Assembly: GCF_006345805.1 (NCBI RefSeq) | Contig: NC_043026.1 | Coordinates: 5,084,001 to 5,148,000, forward strand | Direction: 5' to 3' | Origin: Octopus sinensis | Lineage: Eukaryota | DNA length: 64,000 nt | Shown: piece by piece, positions 33,661-47,599 of the stretch | How positions within the stretch are numbered: the first letter of the stretch is position 1 | Layout of the letters: every line of letters begins with the position of its first letter | The notes under the pieces: model-generated | Databases searched by the model: none | Told to the model about the DNA's origin: nothing | Seen by the model: only the letters and a program-made list of their open reading frames with translations | Position numbers and translations under genes: made by a program

Positions 33661-34123
33661 ATATATATATACTATATATATATATATATATATATATGGG
33701 TAGATAGATAGACAGACAGGAAGAAAGATAGATTCATACATATGTCATACATACATACATACATTCATACATATGTACATAGACACAAAAGTGTATATAT
33801 ATACATGTATATATATATATGTATATTTATAATATGTATGTATGTATATAAGTGTATATAATTGAGATTCATTTGAATTAGGACTTCAGTTGATGCACAA
33901 GTCAGTGTGGTATTATCCATGCAGTATTTGAGTAAAATTATATTAATGTGTCTGATTGATTGAAAATTCTATTCTATTTATTTATGTGTTCAGCTGAGGA
34001 TAGCCCTGCATTGAAACTGATGTAATGATTGCATTGTTCAATGAAATGGAGCCACTTGACACGGTCATACTGCAGCACCTCTTGATATTCTGTTGCTTAT
34101 TTTGATCTGATATATATATATAT

Positions 34124-34208
<85 letters not shown>

Positions 34209-34414
34209 TATGTGAAATAGAAAGATGAATAATCTTGTTGTAGATTAATCAAAAGTTAACCGATACCTTAGTAGCAAAAATCACAGCAGTAAACAGCACG
34301 GTTGAGGGTACAACCATCTGGCGTTGCAACGTGCGTTGGTGCGGATAATTGAAATTAAAACATTATTGGTGAATTGAAGAAATGGAGCTGAACGCAGATT
34401 GAACAGAAATCGTT

Positions 34415-34505
34415 TTATTTCATTCTACACGTGTTTCGAAGGCACAATTACCAAAATCCGATTGAATAATGGGACCATATTGTGTCTTTCTCTTCAGGAA
34501 GAAAA
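34415..34505 (-). ncRNA. Minimal type I hammerhead ribozyme (family A), left pLTR
   Basis: Same fold as 37462-37552; one base is missing in stem II. Confidence 0.65.
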
Positions 34506-35099
34506 AAGGAAATCCGTTAGAGAAACAAAAACAGAACAGAGGCGGAGCAAAAACCAAATCGAACTATGCTCCTAAGAGCCCATGGCGAAACTGTTTATCA
34601 GTGTATGCTGAGAACCGGTGGCTGAAGAATTCTACAGGTCAGGCATCGGTCAATCATGTGGGTGAGGGTGTATAGATGTTCTTAGTGACCGAGAATAAAG
34701 TTCTGACTATTTAAGGAATATTGGATGTTTTATAAGGGGCGAGAAAAAATCTACTTAGAGACGTGTGTGTGTGTATACTGTTCTATATATGTGTGTGTTG
34801 GCGTAGGGGTAGAAAACATTTTTTGTGTACGTGTGTGCGTTTGATCGTTCGGCTGTCAGTGGCTACTGCCGTGATAACCGTTGGGTGGCAGAAAGAAAAA
34901 AATATATATATATTATGTTTTATGTGTGTGTGTGTTCATCTAAGCCTGCCTTGTTAAGGAAACCCCCCGCTGTGAAAAAACCCAAGCCCCGTTTGTCTTA
35001 CAGGAGTAATTCCCCTTGCAGTGGATAATCGTAGATATCTTAAAGGCTATTTCAGAATTTGTTACCAAGGGCTATGGGTGCCGGTATTATTTATAAACG

Positions 35100-36790
35100 C
35101 TATTTAAAAGCCAGATAAGTGTAACGCCGCCAATGGGGGCATCGAAAAGCCGACTGTAAGAGCCCGTTTACCATCCGGCCTCTGGCAAACAAAATATGGA
35201 AGAGTTCGGAGACACAAAGGTTGCACTGTCTTCTGCCCCTATCAAATGGGAGGGCCACCGACAAAATTGACCATTCCAGCCTGTAGCTTAAGTTCGTATC
35301 CTTCAGTCGCCATATTAGCTTACTGAGTCCCGTGGTCTGGCGCTTGTTCACGTCCCGAAAAGTTGCGTAATGATTGGAGACACGCAAAGACAATCTTGAG
35401 GATGATGCCCCTACATAAGTGAAGACATCTGAGTCCGTGTAAACCTTGCATTGGTAGACGGCGTTTTTGATCTTGGAGTTCGCCGACGTAAATCTTAATC
35501 TGCTAGGATTAGTTTCTGAATTTAACTGCGTTCCTGTCACTATATTCGTTCCGAGACCTGCAGCCGCTTACTACTCTATTTTCCACTACGTCACTATTAA
35601 CTATAGGAATAACCCCTGATTCTCCACTATCTATCAGAGTACTGTCATTGCTAGTGCCCGTGGTGCTGCTATTGCGGGAAATGATGCTGGGGTTGCTATT
35701 GGGGCTCTCTACCCTACTCCCATTGTTACCGTCACCACAACACCCCTATTTATAACTATACCCCTAGTGGGTACTCCCTGGCTGGAGCTGAGATTATGTG
35801 TCACTGTACTGGCTCTCATATCATTATTACTACTATAATTATTCCTACTGAGCATTAAACCGGGAGCGGAAGAGGCTGTGCCTCCGGAAAAAGGTGATAG
35901 GGTCTTAGTAAGTAGCCTATTATTATGGGAGGCGATTATCTGGGCGAGGTTTTTAGTGTTGGAGAAAGCTATCCTAACTTTATGTGAGTTAACCGTGGAG
36001 TAATATTTGGATTTCTGGGGAAGTTATTGGCGATGGCTTGTCTAAACAAGAGGGGGAGGTTAGTTCTAATCTGCTTACCAAAGGGGATTACAAACCATAT
36101 ATGCTTATTCCTATCAGTGTGATGGGTCGGGACGCCAGCTCTCGCACTCTGGTGGGTGATTCTCGGATAAATAACGGGTCTTGGGTTAGTGTAAGACCTC
36201 CCGGACCGATAATTATCCTTGTTCGCTAAATTAAATGCGGGAGCGACTACCCCGGCATCCGCCGCGCTCCCGTCCTTACTTAAAATGTTTGTGTATTATA
36301 TACGGCCCTATCCTGATGACCGAATGATGGCATCGGAAGGGCCGGATCAATATAAATTACCTTCTGCCTATAACCGGCCTTGGACAGTGCGGCGTTATAA
36401 AATTCCGCTTTCTGCATAAAAATATCGGCACTGGCGGACAAGCCAGACAATCTTAGAGAGATGTTTTTAACCAAATTGTCTGTTACGGTTTTGGCATGAT
36501 TTGAGAAGACACTGACATACTTCAAATTAGTGGAAGGCTTATGGTAAGGGCAGTATGAGTCGCTATTAAGGTTAAGTGTAACGTCTAGGAAATTAGCCTT
36601 GGTGAGTTCATTATCAAAAACTATACTCATGCCCATTCTATTAAAAAACCTAGCTAACCTGCTCTTAGTTTTCTGCACTATTCTGTTCGTGGTGTTTTGC
36701 AGGTAAAACAGACAATCGTCACGATACAGGCCGCCCGCGATCTCCGGGAATTGGTCGGACAATTCGTAGAGAATATAGGATGGTAAACGG
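35100..36790 (-). pseudogene. PLE RT + C-terminal GIY-YIG endonuclease ORF (truncated, frameshifted)
   Basis: GLYRDDCL..NFLDVTLNL..PYHKP..YV...SNH; thumb HIWFVIPFGKQIRTN..KVRIAFS..IIASHN; AVYQCKV..YVGAS..R..NH..LSKLIWRLK..CNLCVSELFHI. Confidence 0.88.
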
Positions 36791-37461
36791 GCCGGATGGT
36801 AAACGGGCTCTTACAGTCGGCTTTTCGATGCCCCCATTGGCGGCGTTACACTTATCTGGCTTTTAAATAGCGTTTATAAATAATACCGGCACCCATAGCC
36901 CTTGGTAACAAATTCTGAAATAGCCTTTAAGATATCTACGATTATCCACTGCAAGGGGAATTACTCCTGTAAGACAAACGGGGCTTGGGTTTTTTCACAG
37001 CGGGGGGTTTCCTTAACAAGGCAGGCTTAGATGAACACACACACACATAAAACATAATATATATTTTTTTTTCTTTCTGCCACCCAACGGTTATCACGGC
37101 AGTAGCCACTGACAGCCGAACGATCAAACGCACACACGTACACAAAAAATGTTTTCTACCCCTACGCCAACACACACATATAGAACAGTATACACACACA
37201 CACGTCTCTAAGTAGATTTTTTCTCGCCCCTTATAAAACATCCAATATTCCTTAAATAGTCAGAACTTTATTCTCGGTCACTAAGAACATCTATACACCC
37301 TCACCCACATGATTGACCGATGCCTGACCTGTAGAATTCTTCAGCCACCGGTTCTCAGCATACACTGATAAACAGTTTCGCCATGGGCTCTTAGGAGCAT
37401 AGTTCGATTTGGTTTTTGCTCCGCCTCTGTTCTGTTTTTGTTTCTCTAACGGATTTCCTTT

Positions 37462-37552
37462 TTTCTTCCTGAAGAGAAAGACACAATATGGTCCCATTAT
37501 TCAATCGGATTTTGGTAATTTGTGCCTTTCGAAACACGTGTAGAATGAAATA
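37462..37552 (+). ncRNA. Minimal type I hammerhead ribozyme (family A), right pLTR
   Basis: CUGAAGA at 37469-37475, GAAAG/CUUUC stem II, GAAA at 37531, AC[ACGU]GUA, stem I UUC/GAA. Confidence 0.75.
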
Positions 37553-37738
37553 AAACGATTTCTGTTCAATCTGCGTTCAGCTCCATTTCTTCAATTCACC
37601 AATAATGTTATATATATATATATATATATGTAAGTATGTATGTATGTATATAGACACATATACATACAGCTTATTTGTGTATAATGCTGGCTGAGGAATT
37701 AGAGAGAGAAGGTAATGCACTGCCCATAGCCTATTCAG

Positions 37739-37838
37739 NNNNNNNNNNNNNNNNNNNNNNNNNNNNNNNNNNNNNNNNNNNNNNNNNNNNNNNNNNNNNN
37801 NNNNNNNNNNNNNNNNNNNNNNNNNNNNNNNNNNNNNN
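37739..37838. other. Assembly gap (100 N)
   Basis: Run of N. Confidence 1.
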
Positions 37839-38440
37839 GGTAAGAGGAACCCAGGAAGACATGGATGAGGTGGTGAAGGATGACCTTTGAGTTTTGGGGC
37901 TCACAGAGGCAGTGACAAGAGGCCGAGGCCTTTAGATATATGCTGTGATTGAGAAGACCCAGCAACTAAAGTGAGATCGCAGCCATGGCCGATGCCAGTG
38001 TTGATGTCTGGCCCTTTTAAGAGTACCCCTGATGTGTCAGGTGATATGATATGCTTGAAAAGACCTGTTGAGTCAAGTAAAACCAAAATTGCAGCTGTGG
38101 TCAGTGCTTCCTGACTGGCTCCCTTTCTTGTGGAACGTAAAAAGTACCACCCGAATGTGGCCAATGCCAGTGTTCCCTGACTGGCTCCCATGTTGGTAGC
38201 ACATAAAAAGCACTATCTGAATGCTTTTGGTGCCAGGCCTGCCTGACTGGCTCCTGTGCCGGTGGCATGTAAAAAGCACCCACTACACTCTCAGAGTGGT
38301 TGGCATTAGGAAGGGCATCCAGCTGTAGAAACCCTGCCAGACTAGAATGGAGCCTGGTGCAGCCTTCTGGCTTCCCATACCTCAGTCAAACCGTCCAACC
38401 CATGCCAGCATGGAAAACGGACATTAAACGATGATGATGT
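37839..38440 (+). mobile_element. RTE LINE 3' end/UTR fragment
   Basis: GRPRKTWDEVVK-like sequence, shared 3' UTR and (GAT)n tail. Confidence 0.75.
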
Positions 38441-40599
38441 ATTTGTGTGTGTCTGAGTTTGTCCCCCCCCCAACTAACCGCTTGGCACCATTGTCGGTGT
38501 GTTTTGCATCAGGGCTGTGGAATCAAAACAAAAACCTTCGATTCCGACTCCTCTACCATTGGCACCTCTGACTCTGACTCTTCTTTATGTAATCAAGTGA
38601 TTGTGGTCTACACATCTCATAAAGCACATGCATACGCTTGTGAATCAGGATTGGAGTCAGTATAGTTTTACTGACTCCGACTCCACAGCCCTGGTGTTTA
38701 CATCCCTGTAACCTAGCAGTTTGGCAAAAGAGAATGATAAAATAAGTCCTGGGGTCTTATTTACTCAACTAAAACCCCATCGAGGTGGTGCTCTTTTTTT
38801 ATTTTGTGAATTCTCCATATATATATATATATATATATATAATTTGCATGGAAAAGACATGAATTCTGTAGACAAGGGCATGACCGTACTGGAAGAGTAT
38901 TTTTCATCAGGGACAAAGGAACCTTGAAAGAGGGGCCTTGCAGTCTACCCAGATAGACAGAATAGCTTTGTAGAAATGAAGGAGAGTATATTTCAGATTA
39001 AAAAAGAACTTTGCCTCAATTTTGAAAAGTAAAAAAGTATCAAAGAACCCCAATTCTTTATGGGACGATCCATATATAGCAGTTAGCCTTAAAATGAGCT
39101 CTATGAAGAGAAAATATATGCAGTTGGAAGATGTACTAAAGAGGTGAATAGAGGTGGGGAGTGATGAAATTGAGGGGGTAAAAAGGAGGTCCACTTAGGG
39201 CACACAGTGACTAGGGGCTGAGATATGGAAGCTGAAATTTCAAAGATTAGGGGTGGTGGTGCAGGATGGAAGTGTTTAACTCAATAACGAAGGATAAAAC
39301 TCAATTAATTTGAATTCGTTTATATTAATTACTAGGTTAAAAGCTTGCACTCCATGTGGACTTTTTAAACTAGCTCCTGCAGAGGGCTAATTGGACCCGC
39401 AGCCCTAAACTAACGAGAGCTTGAAAAAAAGGGTATAAAATTTCTATATAGAGCACATATAGACCAAGATACAGGGTCACAGACGGACAGAATTTTCACT
39501 TTTATTAATATATTTATCTAATTATATAATTTTAGAATTGTATAGTTTATTGCTGATAAACAGCTGTTTCGTAATGTATATATCTGTGAAATTTATGCCA
39601 GAATGCCTCCACGCGGGACTTGAACCCCAAATCACACAAAACTTCTTAACCAAACATCCCTTCTGGATTCTGTCTATATACCTGGAGGTGAAAGGCATGT
39701 GTGCCTCTGTATATAAGGATATATCTGAATCTCAACTGGTGTGTGTATACATATATATCTATATGCACATGTATAGATGGGTCCGGTCTGAATGTGTAGG
39801 TGTGTGTATAAACAGGTGCATATATTTGTATTGTGTAAACATGTATGTATATAGAATCCATGGATATTGTGTGCATGTGGACATAAATGTGTATGTATAT
39901 GTTGTATAAGTATGTGTGTGTTTTGTGTATAAATAGGCTTGTGTGTGTATATATATATAAGCATGTATGTATTTGTGTTTATGTATATATATGGAGAGTA
40001 GGAGGAAGAGGAGAGAAAAAGTCCAGCTGAATTGTCATTACTACCCCCCCCACGCCCCGCATATGTGTATATGTGTGGTGTGTATATATATATTATGTGT
40101 GTATATGTGTGGTGTATATATGTACATTGTGTGCCTGTCATGTGAAAGTTCATAGTCTGCTGAAGTAGGTCAACTTGTATTTCTCGTCAGTGTGTGTGTA
40201 TAGATATATATATTCCAGGCGTAGCCGTGTGGTGAGAACTTTGCTCCCCAACCATGTAGTTCTAGGTTCAAACCCATGGCGCAGCACCTTCGCTAGGTGA
40301 CTTCTACTATGGCTTGGGCCGACCAGAGTCTTCTGAGTGCATTAGATTGGAAACTGAAAGAAGCCCCGTCGTATATGTGTGTGTATGCATGCATGTGTGC
40401 TTTGGTTGACCTGAGGCAATAGTAGAAGACACCTACCAAGGTGCCATAGACATAAATATAAATATATGTATTTATTATGTGTATAGATATATATATTTGT
40501 TGTGTGAATATAATATCTATATATAGATGGATGATGATGATGATATGGTGTGTGTATTGTATTTTTATATATATAGATATATTATATATATATATATAT

Positions 40600-40635
<36 letters not shown>

Positions 40636-40637
40636 TA

Positions 40638-40677
<40 letters not shown>

Positions 40678-40683
40678 ATTAAC

Positions 40684-41225
40684 ATTAAGGGTAGAAATTA
40701 TGATATTATCAATTAAGACCAGTGTTAGCATATTAAAAAAGAATCCCGGATTCTTTTTAATATGCTAGACCACTGGTCTTAATTGATAAATATCCATTTC
40801 TACCCTTAATTATTTTATATAAATAAATATGTTGCTCTAACCGATAAATTAACTGCTGCTAATTATCCTGCAGTCTAGTTTTTCCCGGGTTCCAACGCGC
40901 CAAAGTAGAGCATTTGAAAGATATATTCAAATGTAATAGGCTGAACTCCATGCACTCGATATTTCGGTATCGTGTTAGCATCTAGTCCAGCAAATTACAT
41001 TTATAAACGGACCATGCTGATGATGGCTGCAGTTTTCCTTGCGGAAATAACAGCTGAAACTAATTTAGTACATGGGTAATTATTTTATTCGTATATGTTT
41101 CACTTGTTTATCTATGTTTTTGTTTTGAGTTTGATCTGAGAACATAATCTTTTGTGGTGAATGGCGATTTGACGTCTATATCTAGCATGTTGACTGTCCA
41201 CTTTTCGTGTTCAGTCCTTAATTGG
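40684..41225 (+). mobile_element. Short hammerhead-bearing element with 5' fold-back (40684-40810), in (TA)n
   Basis: ~60-bp inverted arms centred on cccgg, a hammerhead at 41012, and TA repeats on both sides. Confidence 0.65.
41012..41075 (+). ncRNA. Type I hammerhead ribozyme (family C)
   Basis: Stem I CCAUG/CAUGG, CUGAUGA at 41017-41023, an extra U, stem II GGCUG..CAGCU, GAAA at 41056, stem III ACUA[AUU]UAGU, triplet GUA. Confidence 0.72.
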
Positions 41226-42833
41226 TATATATATACATATATACCAATATATTGGTATATATATACATATATATATAACGGGAAGATTTATGAAAAGAAA
41301 CAAAAGACGAAGGCAGGTGGAGTACAAACAAACAAATGTATTAGTATGGTGCTCAGGAATAGAAATAGAAAAAGTCTTTTACGTTTCGAGCCTATGCTCT
41401 TCGACAGAAAGAAACACAGAAAAAAAACAAGGAGAGAAAAAAAATGCGTGTAGGAGCTAACGATTCAACATGGCGTTCTGATTTCGGTCAAAAGTCAGAG
41501 ATCAGACATCAGACGCTAGAGGGATAGTAGGGGAGATAACAGGGTCAAGTGACCTCACCCCAACATAAGGGTGCGTGTGTGTATAAGAGAGTATGTATGT
41601 GCGTATGAAAGGTCTGGACATGTGTATGTATGTATGATGTGATGTGCAATGTCGTATGGTGTGTGTAGTGTGGTGGGAGGTGGGAAAGCCCATGTTGGGG
41701 TGTGAGTCGGCTGGGTTTGGGGTAGAGTGGGGTTGTGGGGAGAGAAGAGAGATGAGGGGGAGGGGAACATGTGTGTGTGTGTTGCATATATATATATGTG
41801 ACTGACCTGTAACTTGTGGGCTTTGTTTTGGAAGTAAGCTTTTTACCACACAGCCACACCTGCACCTATCACTTTATATCTCTTTGTAGTGTTGTGTGAT
41901 GGCAGGCTTGGAAGTCCGAACTCTTCATTCAGCTTCCCATTTCATTTCTGTTTACTTTTTTTGTTTTTGTTTTTTCTCTACTCTGCCTATTCTTTATTGT
42001 CCCTCCCCACCCCCCTCTCTCTCTCCCTCCCTCTCTCTCCCTCCCTCTCTTCAAATATGCTTTTCAATCATTTTTCACTGTTGTTGCTTTTTTTTTTCCC
42101 TCAAATTTCATTTTCACTTCCTTGTTTTGTCTATTAATAAATATCTGTCTGTGTCAGCGGCTGTCATTTGCCAGGGAACAACACACTTCATTTCATGTAA
42201 CTCTAAAACACCGAGAAGCAATTACCACCACCCCACCGCCACCACTCTGCTACTACTACTACTACTACTACTACTACTGATTTAGAGTAGTGCAAGCCAT
42301 CAAAGTAACACTGGGGTAAAATATACAAAGCCCAGTATACCCATCATGACTACCCCCTGATAAGGGTACATCAGGCACATTCATCACAACCATATGTGTG
42401 CAACATGTGATCTCATATCAAGATAAAACAGCACATGACCTTGCAGGTGGGGCCCAGTTTAAGATTTTTTCTTCTGGTTGAGTAACCCATCCTACTCAAA
42501 AGGTCCCTGAATAAGGTTTGTTTCAAAGATGATGAGCAAATATCCCATGTTTCCACAGGTGAATTATTCAAACCCCAAGAATCCCTCTCAACACATGGCT
42601 ATAATACACCCCCCCCCAGTACTTTCTGCTCATGATCAAGATGCACATATCGTCAGCCACTGAGGGTCATGCTCAATTGGTTAAGGTCAAACACTGACAA
42701 GCAAATCTGTGGTATTGAGCAGAATATTTGCTGTAGCCCATCTTTTATACCAAGACAAACAATTACATGATAACACTTCCAATCAGTTAAGATCAGAAGC
42801 CATGAGAGCCACTGCCTGGTACTGCATCATGGC

Positions 42834-42874
<41 letters not shown>

Positions 42875-43099
42875 ATTATTATTATTATTGTTATACACTC
42901 AACAGCTTAACTGTTGGAAAAGAAAAGAATCCTACATCGTGCTCCAACAAGTTGCCTGAAATGCCAGAACCCCCCCTAAAGTATACAACAAGTAACCTTA
43001 GATGCCAAAAACCCTCCTAAGTATCCTAGCTGTCCCTGTTTTCTGCAGCTGTACGAAACGGGTTTTATGCCTATTTCCTCTATCCTTCTGTTCAGATCT

Positions 43100-43111
43100 T
43101 TAGGATCATCA

Positions 43112-43143
<32 letters not shown>

Positions 43144-43362
43144 TATTCTTTAGGGATCATCACCATCATCACATCAACATATATTATTATTATATTATTA
43201 TTATTATCATCATCATCATCATTATTATTATATTATTTTATTATTATTATTATTATTACTATTTTTATAATCATTATTATTATTATTATTATTCATTATT
43301 ATTATTATTATTATTATATTATTATTATTATATTTTTTAATCATTATTATTTATTATATTAT

Positions 43363-43404
<42 letters not shown>

Positions 43405-43482
43405 CATCATCATCATCATCATCATCATTATTATTATTATTATTATTATTATATCATTATTATTAATATCATTATTTTATTA

Positions 43483-43517
<35 letters not shown>

Positions 43518-43540
43518 AATTATTATTATTATTATCATTA
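43100..43540. repeat. Long degenerate (ATT)n/(ATC)n microsatellite
   Basis: Directly visible. Confidence 0.95.
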
Positions 43541-45839
43541 GTTCTTTTTCCAGGATGCACCTCCTTCCAGACATTTGGAGATGTGAGTACCTTTTCTGTT
43601 TATGATGACCAATTTTGGTGCCATCCGGCATGTGTTGTGAGGTGTGGGTGTGTGTGTGTGTGTTTATATGAATTGCATTTGTACACCACTTTCTGTTTAA
43701 GATTATGGAAAAAAAAAAAAAAAAACCCAACCAAAGCAGATCGATATCTTCGAATAAATTGTAAGAAGCTGGCCTTTCATTCCTGTCAATCAGGTTCCCA
43801 GACTTGAGTGCAGCAGACATTGACATTGGCCCCATGAGGGCGCCGGAGAGAAATGGATGGGCTACGCCATACCTGGACAAGTCCGCGTTTGCCAATCACA
43901 CACACAATCACACACACACACACACAAATACCCACACACACAAACACACACCACACAACACACCACAACAAACACACACACACACACAACACACACACAA
44001 ACACACACACACACACGCCTAGGCCCCATTATGGAACTGTTTACATATTTGGGACACTTCTGCTGTCACACACACACACAAACACACACATCCTGATCAT
44101 ATTTCAAACTTGCTCACACAGTTGTGTGTGTGTGTTGTGTGTGAGACAGCAGCCCCACCCCCGGGTATGTGTGCAGTACTGCAATATGGTGCCAATGCCT
44201 CTGTGTTTGTATGACATCAAATTTGTTAATTCTAACCGTAATCCCTTAGTCATTCATGACCAAAGGGGCTTTACCCTTCTTTGCCCTATGGAGAGAGGGA
44301 CTGTTATGCATAAAACCATCCTGCGCTGGACTTTGTGCCCCAGAGGGCAACTTTCTAGGTGCAATACCAAAGGGGCTTTTACCCTTCACCTTTAATAAAG
44401 ATGGAGAGTGTGTTATTTTGGTTTGTTTTGTTTGTAAAGGACTGCACAAAGTAAGGGAAGCAGTTGTATTAACCAAAATCACAAGATGCTATTCACTGTT
44501 GGATTAGTGAGGGGCAAAAGAAGAGCTGACCCAGCAGAAAGAGAACTCTGGCAGAGGAACTGGAACCCTGATTGTATGAGAGGACATGTCAACCAAGTTA
44601 AAGCATGTTGTCCTTGCATACAGGCTTGTCCCCTGCGTCCCTCTCCACTGAGTGTTCTTCATCTTGCAGGCTTCTGGCTGCTGCTACCACATAAAATGCA
44701 CCTGTACCAGTTTGTTTTGCTGTAATTTTTCCAAAAAAATATTACGGATAATTTTTCCTTCTCCAGTGTTTCGTTTGACTCGATTCATTTAAAATTATTC
44801 AAATTTCAAAACTTCTTACAACTTATCGTTTTCTAAATTCTGTTTTCTGATTAAGAATAATCAAACTTTAAACCTCTTTAACATTTCTCTAAAATTTTTC
44901 TGGAACAAGTGAAATTCTTTTCTGGTTGGTTTTCACGTTTAAAAAATTTTTAAATTGAGTGAAAATGTTTAAATTTGATATACTGATGTAATTTTTCTCA
45001 CTAAACCTGATGTCGTTATTCAGTTGTTCCTGAAAAATTTTAGAAAAATGTAGAAAAGAAATCTCGAATGCAGTGGAGAAGTGAAAACAGCTAAGATCGA
45101 TAAAATACTCTTAGAAAATGAAAACAGAAAACTTTATACCAAGCCACTACAGAGAAATCGTATCATTTAAAAAACAGTTAAGCATACTGTACCATTAAGC
45201 TACGTGAACTATTACATCTGATACCAACTTTTATAATGTTAAATATCTTAAAATGACCAAAATTTTTCATTTGTGTAACAATCACCTTTATTTTTGTCAG
45301 TTAAAGATACACCACTTTTTTGATGCTAATATTTTTTGATGATTCATTGAACACAACTGTTGTATAATTTTCTTCAATATTAGTTGATATATTTTTGATT
45401 CAAAGTCAATCTTGGGGTTACTTACCATATTTCATTACTTAAAGTCACTACTTTTTCCTTGCTGATACTTTTTAACAAGTTTTTCACCAAAAGATTCTCC
45501 TCAATGAACACAGTCTTTTAAAACCCAATTAATTTATTCACCCGCTGTCATGGGTGAATGATTCTGCTAGAGAGTGGACTTTAGGGTTATAACCTTTATG
45601 TGCTCCTCCACCATTGCCACCACTTTGTGTCTGGTCCCTGTTGGGGCTGATACATTGCTAACTCCTATTTTGGGTCACCAGTCTCTCTATAAATAGTTAT
45701 GTCATAAGAGAACCTTGGGATGTGCAAGTAATAGTAGCCACAGTTTTAGCTTCTGCTTTACTGTTACGAACAGCAATAACTATCCAGTGTCATTTACCTC
45801 TTGTTATGAAGTCCATTTGTTCCTGCAAGAATTTTTTCA

Positions 45840-46275
45840 GTTGTGCTGCACTGGGACACTGTTGTTTTCTTTCATTTGTGTGAATGTATTTATAACTCTG
45901 AGCACCTTTTCAAACTCCACCTGTCTAACACCCGTGGACATGTTTACAAAGTCAGAAAACAGCACAGCTCCCATGACTTTCGGAAACATTTTTTCACGCT
46001 AAGATTTGCTGAAGCATGGAACAAACTGCCAACATCAGTTGTTAGTTGTTGGAGCACTGCATCCTTCAAAACTTCCATGCTTCCTGAGATTCACCAACGC
46101 TACACCTGATTTTCTCCCCTCCATGCACAGGCAAGCATGTATCTGACTCATATACTGTTCACTTCCCAGACATTTGTACATTACTGCATATGCTTTATAT
46201 GCACTTTTGACAAGTTGTGGTGCACCTGAACACTGTATACAATAATTTCATTATTATTATTATTATTATAAATAA
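45840..46275 (+). mobile_element. CR1 LINE 3' fragment (same family as 26035-26865)
   Basis: HLSNTRGHVYKVRKQHSSHDFRKHFFTLRFAEAWNKLP plus (ATT)n tail. Confidence 0.85.
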
Positions 46276-47442
46276 TGTGTTTTTTCTTCTTGTTTTATTT
46301 ATTTTCTGGTGCACGTATCACAATGACTGGAAGTTTCATGAATCCTGGGATATAATATCACATTTATATTCTTTTTACTTCTTGCCTTTCTGCTGCATCC
46401 GTGGCAATGCAACACAAGATCAGTAGCATAACCTGACCGGGTCCTCAACAACAGAAAACGACAAAACCGGAGCAGTGAGCATATATGGAAGTGGTGAGGT
46501 GTTTGACAATGGTCGCTGGTGGTGCCCAGCATGGAGGGGAGTGTTGAGTCAAGGTCGAGGGTCAGTGAGGAGGAAGGAAAGAGAAGCAGGTGGTTGATCA
46601 TAGAGCGCATAAGCATGAGCAACAGTGTCCCCAGTACGAAATCAGCCAGAAGGGCAGCAACAGATTGCAAGCTTCCATAGCATGCCAACTGATGGAGGTG
46701 GTCATGGGAATGCATTGGGGGACACAATGATGATATTGCTGGACTAGAAGCAAGGCAGAGGTGTAGTCTTCACAGCTGTGGCAGCGGAAGAGGTCATAGC
46801 CATGACATCAAGGCGAAGGTGAGGAGGAGTCTGAATGTGAAAAATGATGAATGACCAGAGATGCTGTCAGCGGTGCATATGATGGTGAGGAGCAGGCAAG
46901 CATGCATGAGTGTATGAGCAAGCGTGGTGGCTGCCTGGGTGCAAGGCGGAGTGCAACAATGACAGCGAAGGTGAGGGCACTCATGTGCCGATGTATGAGG
47001 TAGTGGCAGCACACTGAGGACTTGCTGACCTTGTAAGGTCAAGAGGCATGTATCGATTTATCAGAAAAGACGAGGACTGTAAATGTTTGAAATAATCAGC
47101 AAATATTTTGAGAATTGTGAAATGAAAAATTGCACTTAGAAATTTTCCTCACTCACACTTATCAGATTGAGAAATTATGGGTTAATACACATTTACTAAT
47201 AGCTGTGAAGATTATATTTACCCTGCATTTCACTGTAGTGTAAATCTTTGTCAAGAAAACATGAGAAACGAAAATGTTGGAAATCAGTCACAAACCTTTT
47301 GAAAATTTCCAGTTGAAAATTGTATTTCATTAGGTTATTTTTGTATTATCTGAAATAGAATACCCGCATATCGATTAATCCCATTAAATTGAATTAATAT
47401 TTGTATATATATATATATCCAAATATTATATATATATACAAA

Positions 47443-47491
<49 letters not shown>

Positions 47492-47599
47492 AATATATAT
47501 ATATATATACATATATACATACATACAGGCATGTTTTTTCTTTTTGTAGTTTCAGTTCAGAGTTGTGACCATGCTGGAGCACTGCCATTTGCTACTCTG

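Larger units (their letters stand above)
34209..37609 (-). mobile_element. Penelope-like retroelement, 5'-truncated, with inverted pseudo-LTR, flanked by (TA)n
   Basis: RT and GIY-YIG remnants at 35100-36790; 36790-37609 is the reverse complement of ~34359-35181. Confidence 0.9.

Noticed and set aside
33985-34030. CTGAGGA...GAAAC motif
   Set aside because: Stems I and II do not pair.
46400-47060. GC-richer segment that may be a decayed retroelement ORF
   Set aside because: No diagnostic motif recoverable by eye.
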